Origin: a virus
Lineage: Duplodnaviria; Caudoviricetes
DNA: 64,000 bases
Virus record (IMG/VR): IMGVR_UViG_3300021255_003284
Span: 1 to 64,000 of that record
Strand: one strand, 5' to 3'
The notes below the pieces were generated by a model. It searched no databases, was not told the origin of the DNA, and saw only the letters and a list, made by a program, of their open reading frames with translations. The position numbers were made by a program, and so were the translations under genes. Of the stretch, positions 36,871 to 46,246 are shown one piece after another. Every line of letters starts with the position of its first letter. The first letter of the stretch is position 1.

Positions 36871-37709
36871 TGGCCGACACTGAATACACGGGCTTTCACG
36901 AGGTATCTCTGACGGCCGACGAGGTCGCCGGGCTGTTTGCCGGGATCGAGTGCGACAAGACGGCGCAGTGCCTCGACAACGAGTATCTCGTCGTCAACGA
37001 CGCGGACACGGGCGATCTGGTGTGCCTGTATAAGCGCAAGGACGGGAAGCTCGTCAAGGTACCGTATAAGGCGATCTCGTCGCGGTTTCTCGACAAGATC
37101 AAGCCGCGCAACATCCAGCAGCAGATGGCCATCGACATGCTCTACGACCCAGACACGACCATCAAGATCATCACAGGTAAATTCGGAACGGGTAAAGACA
37201 TCCTCATGAGCTCTGCGGCCGTCGATCTGATCGAGCACAACAAATACGATCGGATCGTCTATGTCCGCAACAACATCGAGGTCAGAGATTCAAAACCCAT
37301 CGGGTTCCTGCCCGGCGGGTACATCGAGAAGCTCCTGCCATTCGCCATGCCGCTGGCCGACCATCTCGGCGGCGTGGATGGGCTCAATCTTATGATGACA
37401 CAGGGGCGCGTCGAGGTCGTTCACCTCGGATTCATCCGTGGGCGCGACATCAAAAACGCGATCATCCTCTGCTCCGAGGCTGAGAATATGACGCGCGAGC
37501 ACATCCAGCTGCTCATCGGCCGCGTGGGCGAGGGGTCGTCTCTGTGGATCAATGGCGACTTCCGTCAGCGCGACGCGGCGGTGTTCGACCGCAATAACGG
37601 ACTTCTGACCGCAATAGACAGGCTTAAAGGCCATCCGCGGTTCGGCTACGTCAAGCTGATCAAGACAGAACGCAGTGAAACGGCCGCGATGGCCGACCTG
37701 CTCGACTAA
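36870..37709 (+). CDS. phoH: PhoH-family ATPase
   Basis: GKFGTGK, IGFLPG, FIRGR, EAEN, RVGEGS, GDFRQRD. Confidence 0.9.
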   Translation: MADTEYTGFHEVSLTADEVAGLFAGIECDKTAQCLDNEYLVVNDADTGDLVCLYKRKDGKLVKVPYKAISSRFLDKIKPRNIQQQMAIDMLYDPDTTIKIITGKFGTGKDILMSSAAVDLIEHNKYDRIVYVRNNIEVRDSKPIGFLPGGYIEKLLPFAMPLADHLGGVDGLNLMMTQGRVEVVHLGFIRGRDIKNAIILCSEAENMTREHIQLLIGRVGEGSSLWINGDFRQRDAAVFDRNNGLLTAIDRLKGHPRFGYVKLIKTERSETAAMADLLD

Positions 37710-37726
37710 CGAAAGGGGTAATCATT

Positions 37727-37939
37727 ATGGAAGGGATCGGTACGATCACACTCTATTCGACCGGCTGCCCGAAATGCCTCGTCCTCAAGCGCAAGCTTGA
37801 GGACCGGGGCCTCCCGTACACCGAGGTCACGGACGTCCAGGCCATGCTCGATCTCGGTATAACCGAGGTGCCGATCATGCGCGTGGGCGACAAGCTGATG
37901 TCGTTCGGTGAGGCGGCCGTCTGGGTCAACACATTCTAA
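37727..37939 (+). CDS. glutaredoxin/NrdH-like protein
   Basis: LYSTGCPKC, VP. Confidence 0.85.
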   Translation: MEGIGTITLYSTGCPKCLVLKRKLEDRGLPYTEVTDVQAMLDLGITEVPIMRVGDKLMSFGEAAVWVNTF

Positions 37940-37952
37940 AGAGGGGGTATAT

Positions 37953-40900
37953 ATGCAAATCCAGTTGAAACTGTCCAAGGACTTCGAGTCGTGCCTCGGC
38001 GATCTGAAAAAGAAATACGGTGAGGCTTTTGAGTACATCAACGGCCTGCATGACTCACAGCTTGACTTTTCAGAGTTCATCGATAACTTTGTCGCCAAGT
38101 CGACATTGGCGGATTCGTCCATAGATCCGAACGCGAACGCCAACCACAAGGACATCCGGTCGTTTATGACCGAAAAGGGCAAGAGCGAAGACAAGTTGTT
38201 CGGGCTGAACAAGATATTCAATACGATCAAGAAGCAGTGGGGTCTGCGTACGGCGCGCGAGTGGCTCGAACAGGAATACAGTCGCGGTTTCTACCTCAAT
38301 GACAGCGCAACGTCGTCATACTTCCCATATTGCTTCGCTGTCGATCTGTCCCGTCTGGCTACTGAGGGACTTTTCTTCCTCGATAAATACAATAACGAGC
38401 CGCCCAGGCATCTGACGACATTCCTTGACGACGTGATTGAGTTCGTGTCGTTCTTATCAAACCGCCAAAGCGGAGCCTGCGGGCTGCCGAATATCATCGT
38501 ATGGTCGTGGTATTTCTGGAAAAAGGACTGCGAAGACGGTTACTTCATGAAAGACCATGAATACTATCTTCGCCAGCAGTTCCAGAAGCTGCTGTTCCGA
38601 CTGAATCAGCCGTTTTTGAGGATTAAAACACATATTGGTCCCTGTTATGCAAAAGCGTAACAGCAAACGCATCGAATTGCTGGAACGCCCTTAGAGCTTC
38701 CTGGCTACAACGCACGGATGAAACACGCCGATACGTGAATGCTTGAAAACGTGGAAGATTGGGTAATCAGCAGCCAAGCCCCGACGAGGGGAAGGTTCAA
38801 CGACCATCCGGTAGCGGAGTAGGGGCAAGCGCCCCGAAGCGGTGCGCGCCGTATTACGGCGATGATATGGTCTGGACTGCCGCGAAAACGGCAGAAACCA
38901 CATTTGTGGACAGCGTGCGCTAAATAAAATGATGAAGGAGGTGATTTATTGAAGAAGCCATGCGAATTGGACGGCAAAAGATTCGGTAAGCTTACCGCAG
39001 TCAAACGCGTTTCAGATAAAATCTATCCAAGCGGAAGACATGACATCGTTTATCAATGCCTGTGTGATTGTGGTCAGTATACTGACGTGCTTGCCGTTCA
39101 TCTCAATAGTGGTCATACGCGGTCATGCGGGTGCCTTAGAGCGGAAACTACTTCGAAAAACATGACTACACACGGTCAAAGCAGTACGAGGCTTTTTACC
39201 ATATGGAAAAACATGAAGTCGAGATGCACAAATCCAAATAATCCGTGTTTTAATCAATATGGCGGGCGTGGCATAACTGTGTGTGATGCGTGGATTGAAG
39301 ACTTCGCCGTTTTCTACGATTGGTCGATTAAGCACGGTTACAATGACGATCTCTCTATAGATAGAGTAAACGTTAATGGCGATTATGATCCTGATAATTG
39401 CAGGTGGGTCAGCCAGAAAACTCAGTGCAACAACACGCGCAGAAATATAATGATTGAGCATGACGGCGAGCTCCGTACGGCTAAACAGTGGTCTGACGAA
39501 CTTGGCATTAAATATGGGACTCTGATATCGAGGATACGCAGAGGGTGGGATGTTGATAGGGCGTTATCGGTATGAGCGGGCGCACGCTGAACTTAACGCG
39601 ATCAGTCAGCATTTACAAATGTTTCCATTTTCGATCATCCCTACCTCGAAGCGCTCTTCGGCGGCGTCGTCTTCCCGGACGGCACGATGGCCATCGACCA
39701 CATCGACGACATCATCGAGTGCGAGAAGGTTTTCATGGACGTCGTCAGTGAGACCAGAGAGATCAACATGTTCACGTACCCGGTGTTAACATTCTCTTTA
39801 CTTTACAAGGACGGCCAGTTCATCGATGAGGAATTTGCCCGCTACGCTTCATCTCACAATATGAAGTGGTCAGATTCCAACTTCTTTGTCAGCGACAATG
39901 TCGGCGTCCTTTCCAACTGCCCCGTATCCGGCGATACAAACGTCGTCTATTGGGACGCGGCTGAGGGGAAATTCGACATCGCGACGATGCGCACGCTCTA
40001 TGGCATGAAGTGCGACAACCCGCTTTTCAAGATCCACGTCCTCAACCACGGCGATGTCGTCGAATGCAACATCAATAAGTACAGCGTCCCGATCGAGTAT
40101 GAGATCGAGCTCGCCAACGGCGTCAGGGTCAAGACGACAGCCAACCATCTCAATCGTATTTATGATGGCGACGATACGCGGACCGACATGCTTTCTCTCG
40201 ACGACTATCTGCCGTTCAGCGCCGTACCGTATACCGCGCCTGGCAGCGATTACGAGAGCGGCGTCAACCTTGAGTTCAAAGACGGCAAGGCTTTTGGCGT
40301 CAATACCGGGCTCAATTACCAGTACTACGATGGCGTCGATCTGCGTACGCTCAACCACAGTCCGCAATTCAGGCGCGGCGCGCTCGAAGGGCTCGCGCTG
40401 GCAACGAGCGGCAAGCGCAACGAGATCGTTACGACGTCCACCTTCCTGCGCGATTCCGTCACGACGCTTATCGCGTCGATCGGCTTCCTGCCGATGGTAG
40501 GGGCTGAATCGGTCGGCATGGTCGCTGACTCGGCCGAGCCGGTGACTCGATATCACATTTCGTGGCGCAAGCCGTCCAGAGAAAACTATGAGGAAGGCGT
40601 CTACTTCTGTGAAGGCGACTCGTTCTGGGTGCGCATCAAATCGATCCGCAAACTCAACGGCGACGACAAGCAAAGCTACTGTCTGAGCGTCATCGACAGA
40701 GACGCCGACCCGGTCTTCATGCTGGCCAACGGCCTGCACACGCATAATTGCCGGCTTCTGAGCGACACGACGAAACTCGACGCGTTCATCAACTCCATCG
40801 GCGGCACGGCGCTGTCGGTCGGATCGTGCCGTGTCAGTACGATCAACCTTGTCCGCATCGCGTACGAAAGCGGTCTGGACAAAGAAAAGTATATCCAGAT

Positions 40901-41681
40901 CCTGAAGGATCGCGTCCTGCTCGACTGCAAAGCTCTGACCTCGATGCGCCACATCATCAAGCGCAACATCGAAAAAGGGCTGCTCCCGAACTTCCAGGAC
41001 GGCGCGCTCGAGCTTGATAAAATGTTTTGTACAATAGGCGGTATTGGCTTGTACGAGGTGATCGACATGTTCGGCCTCATCGAGACCGACGAGCTCGGCT
41101 GCAAATCCTATTCCGACGACGGTGTGGCTTTTGCCACAAGGATCATCGACACGATCAATGAAATCAAGGATGGCTTTGAGTGCGACTACTCACTGAACCT
41201 TGAGTTCATACCGGCCGAAAATTGTGCCGGCGTCCTTTGCACGGCCGACAACCTCCTTTACGAACAGGACAAGTATTTCATCTATTCAAACCAGTGGATC
41301 CCGCTGATGGGAAAGTGCACGATTCAGGAAAAGTGCCGCCTTGGCTCTCTGTTTGACGCCAAGTGCGGAGGCGGCTGCATCGCGCATATCGACATCGAAA
41401 ACCGCTTCCCGACCGAGGAAGCGGCATGGGACATGCTCAACTATGTGGCGTCTCATGGCGTGATCTACTTCGCGTTCACAACCAAGATCAGCGTGTGCAA
41501 AAACCGCCACGCGTTCATATCCGAGCAGCGCTGTCCGATCTGCGGCGAGCCGATCGCCGACACGTACGCTCGCGTCGTGGGATTTTACACCCCCACATCA
41601 AGCTACCAGAAGATCCGCAAGCGCGAGTTTGACAAGCGCCGATGGATGAATGTACTCACAAACGACGGAGTGATGCAGTGA
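37953..41681 (+). CDS. nrdD: anaerobic ribonucleotide reductase, spliced: join(37953..38623,39599..41681), with intein
   Basis: NRQSGACG; FLRI-DQSAFTN; FTYPV; SNC/CRL; IPAEN; CGGG; glycyl-radical RVVGF. Confidence 0.9.
38624..39598 (+). mobile_element. group I intron in nrdD
   Basis: P1 GGAU/GUCC; P GAATTGCTGGAA; Q AATCAGCAGCC; P7 GACCA/TGGTC; terminal G; splicing restores frame. Confidence 0.85.
38949..39575 (+). CDS. intron-encoded HNH-type homing endonuclease
   Basis: CLCDCG..SCGC; YGGRGI; SIDRVNVNGDYDPDNCRW. Confidence 0.85.
   Translation: MKKPCELDGKRFGKLTAVKRVSDKIYPSGRHDIVYQCLCDCGQYTDVLAVHLNSGHTRSCGCLRAETTSKNMTTHGQSSTRLFTIWKNMKSRCTNPNNPCFNQYGGRGITVCDAWIEDFAVFYDWSIKHGYNDDLSIDRVNVNGDYDPDNCRWVSQKTQCNNTRRNIMIEHDGELRTAKQWSDELGIKYGTLISRIRRGWDVDRALSV
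39921..40748 (+). mobile_element. intein in NrdD (276 aa, Pro1, class 3-like)
   Basis: PVSGDT block A; TANH block B; SYCLSV block F; THN|C block G; degenerate LAGLIDADG remnants. Confidence 0.8.
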
Positions 41682-42157
41682 AAGTTAAAGGCGTCCTTGA
41701 CGAGGACTTCGTAAATTTCAAACTTCCGTCCATGTTCATATCGACGTGTTACTGCTCCTTCAAATGCGAAAAAGAAAGCGGGGTGCGCTGTTGTCAAAAC
41801 AGCGCCCTCGCCAACCAGCGTGAAAAGAACCTCAGCGACACGTTCATCATCGATCGGTACCTGAAAAATCCGATCACGAAAGCCATTATATTCGGCGGCC
41901 TCGAACCGTTCAACCAGTTCGATGAGATGTTCTCATTCATCCAGACACTCAGGATCAAGTACGCCTGCGATGATCCGGTCGTCATCTACACCGGGTTCAG
42001 GCCGGACGAAATACCGGCCGAGATCCTCGCACTCAAACATTACAAAAACATCATCGTAAAGTTCGGGCGGTATGTCCCGGACGATCAGCCCCATCTGGAC
42101 GAAGTGCTCGGCGTACGGCTCTCGTCGTCGAATCAATACGCTGAACAGATCAGCTAA
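41678..42157 (+). CDS. nrdG: anaerobic RNR activating enzyme
   Basis: CSFKC..C-N; GGLEP; IYTG; KFGRY; SSNQ. Confidence 0.85.
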   Translation: MKVKGVLDEDFVNFKLPSMFISTCYCSFKCEKESGVRCCQNSALANQREKNLSDTFIIDRYLKNPITKAIIFGGLEPFNQFDEMFSFIQTLRIKYACDDPVVIYTGFRPDEIPAEILALKHYKNIIVKFGRYVPDDQPHLDEVLGVRLSSSNQYAEQIS

Positions 42158-42168
42158 AGGAGTTAAAT

Positions 42169-42363
42169 ATGAAAATCGTTCCTAATCCGGATCCCCAGTT
42201 CGTTGCCGACATCAAGCAGCGATTGAAAGAGCGCAACGGATACTGCCCCTGCCAGATCGATAAGACGCCCGATACGAAATGCCGCTGTAAGGCGTTCCGA
42301 GACCAGATCAAGAGAGGGGAGGAAGGCGAGTGCCACTGCGGTCTGTGGATCGCGGTGAAATGA
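42169..42363 (+). CDS. ferredoxin-thioredoxin reductase catalytic-subunit-like protein
   Basis: YCPC, CRC, CHCGL. Confidence 0.75.
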   Translation: MKIVPNPDPQFVADIKQRLKERNGYCPCQIDKTPDTKCRCKAFRDQIKRGEEGECHCGLWIAVK

Positions 42364-42456
42364 TTCCGCGCGCCTGTGTTGTCGTCGTCTGTCTCATCAT
42401 CATGACAGAGGTGCTTTACGTGCTATTCAACGAGCGAAAGCCGCCGAGGTATTGAG

Positions 42457-43019
42457 ATGGACACGAGACCGTACGATATCATATACGCCGATCCGCCGTG
42501 GCCTCAGAAGAAAGTCGTTCGTAAAGTCAGACCGAATCAAAAGCCTGAACTCGACTATCATACCGAACCGGTCGAGCGGTGCATCGAACTGTGCGTTCCC
42601 TTCTTTAATAAGGCCGCGCCGAAACACAACGTCTTTATGTGGGCGATCGACAAATTCATTCCCGACACCGAACGGCTCATGGCCGATCTCGGCTACAAGG
42701 TACACGCCCGGCTCATCTGGGACAAAACCAACGGCATACCGGCCGCGCGGACCGTTCGCTTCAGCCACGAGTATCTGCTGTGGTTCTTCAAGCGGGGGGG
42801 CTCCTCTATCCGCGTCCGGAAGCGATCGGCAAATACACCACTGTCATGCGCGAAAAGTCAACAGTCCATTCCCGAAAGCCGCAGTGCGCCTACGAGATGC
42901 TCGAGGACATGTTCCCGGACGCGCACAAAATCGAATTGTTCTGCCGCACGCCGCGGCCCGGCTGGGACGCGTGGGGCGACGAGGTACCGCCTGAAATCGC
43001 CGTAAATATCCAGGAATGA
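42457..43019 (+). pseudogene. MT-A70-family adenine methyltransferase, frameshifted at a G7 tract (42794-42800)
   Basis: IYADPPW, FMW, IWDK, HEYLL in one frame; HSRKP, IELFCR, GWDAWGDE in another. Confidence 0.85.
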
Positions 43020-43063
43020 CAAAAACTTAAACGAAATTCCGCAAAACGGAGGGATTGCAGAAA

Positions 43064-43543
43064 ATGATTGAAATCAACCTGACCAACACGGAATCGGTCA
43101 AGCCGGTCGAGATACCACTCAGGCATCTCGATCATGAATCAAAAACGCCCACGCACGGGTCTCCTTATTCCGCTGGATATGATCTGTATGCTCAGGTCGG
43201 CGACGAACCTCTCGTCATATGGCAGGGCGATACGCGCCTCGTTCACACCGGCATCTCTATTGCACTTCCAAACTGGTGCTTTGGTGCAATTTTTGCACGT
43301 TCCGGCCTGGCGAAGTGCAAAGGATTGAGACCGGCCAACTGTGTCGGTGTCATCGACTCTGACTATCGCGGCGAGATCATGGTCGCGCTGCACAACGACT
43401 CTCAGGAACGCCAGGAGATCCGCACCGGTGACCGTATCGCTCAGCTCGTCGTGATCCCATTCCTTCCGATCTCGTTCATCGAAGTCGACTCGCTCGAAGA
43501 GACGGACAGAGGGATCGGCGGTTTCGGCAGCACGGGGGTGTGA
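43064..43543 (+). CDS. dut: trimeric dUTPase
   Basis: AGYDL, RSGLA, GVIDSDYRGE, RIAQL, RGIGGFGSTG. Confidence 0.95.
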   Translation: MIEINLTNTESVKPVEIPLRHLDHESKTPTHGSPYSAGYDLYAQVGDEPLVIWQGDTRLVHTGISIALPNWCFGAIFARSGLAKCKGLRPANCVGVIDSDYRGEIMVALHNDSQERQEIRTGDRIAQLVVIPFLPISFIEVDSLEETDRGIGGFGSTGV

Positions 43544-43547
43544 CACG

Positions 43548-43907
43548 ATGGACAAGCCTGATGTGGATAAGTTGTTGACCGGCCTGAGGGCTTGCCTCAG
43601 TTTTGGCGGCGAATTGGGCGATGTGACGCCGCTCTGTGAATCATATCCGTACTGCGACGACGATATCGGTACATGCGGCTCGATCGAGGAAATGCTCAGC
43701 GACGCGCTTGTCGTTTCAACTTTGTACGCAGAGCTTCGCAGTGAGCTGGCAGACACATTGAGCGATCTGGTGACGGTCGACTGCGACCTCAACGCGAAAG
43801 AGCTCGTGAACTTCCTGATCCGCTTGTCAAACATTATTGAAAAGAGAGTCATGCAAGAGCTCGATACAGAGCAAAGACAATCATTTAAGCGCTCGATCAG
43901 TCAATGA
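43548..43907 (+). CDS. hypothetical protein
   Basis: ORF following dut. Confidence 0.65.
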   Translation: MDKPDVDKLLTGLRACLSFGGELGDVTPLCESYPYCDDDIGTCGSIEEMLSDALVVSTLYAELRSELADTLSDLVTVDCDLNAKELVNFLIRLSNIIEKRVMQELDTEQRQSFKRSISQ

Positions 43908-44133
43908 CATACACATCCCCGTCCATATGGAACGCAGTCTCTCCGGCCTCGTTGGTAAGGATGAAGTCTGCTTCTCGCTCCGTCTCTGGCAACACGCACC
44001 CGTTACCAACGATCATATCGCCATCCCGGTTGACATCACGTATGTCATGGACAAGGAGACCGCGCAGATTATCTCCGTCATAACGGTAGGTAATCTCAGT
44101 AAATTCGACCCCGTTTATAACAACGCCATTCAT
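43897..44133 (-). CDS. lone antisense small acidic protein with its own promoter
   Basis: GGGAG SD, ATG 44133. Confidence 0.65.
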   Translation of the reverse strand: MNGVVINGVEFTEITYRYDGDNLRGLLVHDIRDVNRDGDMIVGNGCVLPETEREADFILTNEAGETAFHMDGDVYVID

Positions 44134-44163
44134 AGTATCACGCTCCCAATTTGATCTGTATAT

Positions 44164-44192
44164 ATTATAACAGACGCAACGACAGATAGCAA
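44164..44192 (-). promoter_or_regulatory. sigma-A promoter (extended -10) for the antisense gene
   Basis: TTGCTA-17 bp-TATAAT with TG. Confidence 0.7.
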
Positions 44193-44234
44193 GCATAACC
44201 TAAGCAATGGATTGCTTAGGTGTGAACGGAAAGG

Positions 44235-44558
44235 ATGAAGACAGTGCGACTGATTGATGCAGATGCGCTAAAAGAGACGTTCGGCGCACGCCCGCTCATC
44301 TGGTTCGACACACCTAAAAATGTTCAAGCTGTCAAAAGCTGGGACAGAGCCATGGACCTTATCAACAAATCTCCAACAGTCGATGCCGTATTGGTCGATC
44401 CGCTTTGCGAATTTCTCGCCAGCAACTACGAACCATTTTACGACCTCGACGAGATACAGGATCTGAGGTGGCCGATCGACCACGAACAGCAGAAAATGGC
44501 GTGGATGAAATTCCTGAAGAATAAGTTCGCGCCCGAGAAGCGTGACCAAGGAGCGTAA
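44235..44558 (+). CDS. hypothetical phage protein (RLIDADAL..PTVDAV)
   Basis: Common Firmicutes-phage small-protein motif. Confidence 0.7.
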   Translation: MKTVRLIDADALKETFGARPLIWFDTPKNVQAVKSWDRAMDLINKSPTVDAVLVDPLCEFLASNYEPFYDLDEIQDLRWPIDHEQQKMAWMKFLKNKFAPEKRDQGA

Positions 44559-44560
44559 AC

Positions 44561-44851
44561 ATGATCGAAACGACAATAAACTATTGTGATCCGGACTGGG
44601 CGTTCGTGTCCAGCGACGAGCGGCGTTGGCACAATGCTATAGCCAAACTCGCAAAAGACAATCCGAACGAGTGTATCATCATCAAGACCCCGGAAGAGAA
44701 CGACGGCGTGATTTACGCGAAATTTCCGCCCAAATGGGTACGCATCAGGCCGCCCAAGCAACTGAACCTGACGGATGAGGAAAAGCAAAATCGCACCCAA
44801 AAACTTCGAGAATCTCGACGGAACAAAACATCAGACAGCGACGATGTCTGA
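44561..44851 (+). CDS. hypothetical protein
   Basis: AAGGAG SD. Confidence 0.75.
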   Translation: MIETTINYCDPDWAFVSSDERRWHNAIAKLAKDNPNECIIIKTPEENDGVIYAKFPPKWVRIRPPKQLNLTDEEKQNRTQKLRESRRNKTSDSDDV

Positions 44852-44862
44852 CAGGAGGAATT

Positions 44863-45918
44863 ATGAGTCAATCCATACGTAAACTCGCGTCCATTCAGGT
44901 CGTCCACGGGATCGAACAGATCAAAGACGCGGATCGGATCGAGCTAGCGCATGTGCTCGGCTGGCAGTGCGTCGTGAACAAAGATCAGTTCAAGCGCGGC
45001 GATCTCGCCGTCTACTTTGAGATCGACAGCTTCCTGCCGATCCGTCCTGAGTTTGAATTTCTGCGTCAAAGCAGCTACAAGAATACGGACATCATGGGCG
45101 AGGGGTTCCGGCTCAAAACAATGAAGTTTCGCGGGCAGGTGTCTCAGGGTCTCCTTTTGCCGCTCTTTGTGTTCCCGGAGATCCCGGACGACGCAAAGGC
45201 CGGGATGGATGTGACGCGCCTGCTCGGCGTCAAAAAGTGGGAGATAGAAGAACGCGCTACGACAGGCGGTACGGTCATCGGCGCGCTGCCGCCCGATGTG
45301 CCGCATACAGACGAGCCGCGCGTTCAAGCCTACCCGGAACTGATCCAGGCTTTTGCCGGCAAGGAGTATTACATCACCACAAAGATGGATGGGTCGTCCC
45401 ACTCCCTGTCCATCGACGAAAACGGCTTCCATGTGACCGGCCACAATTTTGAGTACAAGGACGACGACTCAAGCGCATTCTACCGCTTCGTCAACGCCAA
45501 CGGCTACAGAGCTCGCATGGAGGATTTTGTTGCGAAGCACGGCGTCAAAACGCTCACTATTCAGGGCGAGTTCTGTGCGCCAGGCATCCAACAAAACAGG
45601 CTCCGCCTGACACGCCCGAAATGGTACGTGTTCACCATCCGTGTCGACGGCCAACGTGTCGGCTTGTGCGACATGCTCGACATAACCGAAGAGCTCGAAA
45701 TGGAGCATGTCCCCGTTGAAGAGGTTGGCAACGACCTTCCGTCGAAATATTCGACAGTTGAGGCGCTTCTTGAGCGAGCGGACGGAGACTATCCCAACGG
45801 CGGAAAGAAAGAGGGCATCGTGATCAGGCCGACCGAGCCGGTGTTTTGCCCGCTGATCAGCGCCAGCCTGTCCATGAAGATCGTCAGCAACAAATACCTG
45901 CTCAAAAACGACGGTTGA
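44863..45918 (+). CDS. ATP-dependent RNA ligase (Rnl2/DRB0094-like)
   Basis: RKLASIQ..ADRIE N-terminal domain; KMDGSS; QGEF; EGIVIR; KIVSNKYLLK. Confidence 0.88.
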   Translation: MSQSIRKLASIQVVHGIEQIKDADRIELAHVLGWQCVVNKDQFKRGDLAVYFEIDSFLPIRPEFEFLRQSSYKNTDIMGEGFRLKTMKFRGQVSQGLLLPLFVFPEIPDDAKAGMDVTRLLGVKKWEIEERATTGGTVIGALPPDVPHTDEPRVQAYPELIQAFAGKEYYITTKMDGSSHSLSIDENGFHVTGHNFEYKDDDSSAFYRFVNANGYRARMEDFVAKHGVKTLTIQGEFCAPGIQQNRLRLTRPKWYVFTIRVDGQRVGLCDMLDITEELEMEHVPVEEVGNDLPSKYSTVEALLERADGDYPNGGKKEGIVIRPTEPVFCPLISASLSMKIVSNKYLLKNDG

Positions 45919-45919
45919 T

Positions 45920-45965
45920 AAAAAAAAAGGCGGGCCGGAATCAAATCCGGACCCGCCTGCTTTTT
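45920..45965. terminator. bidirectional terminator
   Basis: A-run, AGGCGGG-CCGGA..TCCGG-A-CCCGCCT, then T-run. Confidence 0.7.
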
Positions 45966-45977
45966 AGGAGTGATTAT

Positions 45978-46172
45978 ATGGATATACCGATCAGTGAGAA
46001 ATTCGTTCTATCCGTCAGCGAAGCCGCCGCATACTTTCGTATCGGCGAGGGCAAGCTCAGACGGATCATACAAAACAATAAGTCGGCCAAATACATCTTG
46101 TGGAATGGAAATCGCCCGCAGATTAAAAGAGCTCTTTTCGAATCGTTCATCGAAAATTTAAGTCATATATGA
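45978..46172 (+). CDS. xis: excisionase (Tn916 Xis-like HTH)
   Basis: IPISEKFVLSVSEAAAYFRIGEGKLR..IKRALFESF. Confidence 0.85.
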   Translation: MDIPISEKFVLSVSEAAAYFRIGEGKLRRIIQNNKSAKYILWNGNRPQIKRALFESFIENLSHI

Positions 46173-46173
46173 A

Positions 46174-46202
46174 TTGCATACTCATCTGCGCCGTGTTATA
46201 AT
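46174..46202 (+). promoter_or_regulatory. sigma-A promoter for int
   Basis: TTGCAT-17 bp-TATAAT with TG. Confidence 0.7.
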
Positions 46203-46246
46203 ATCTTTGCATATCGCGGCGCGTCTTTCGGAGAAGGAGGATTTAC

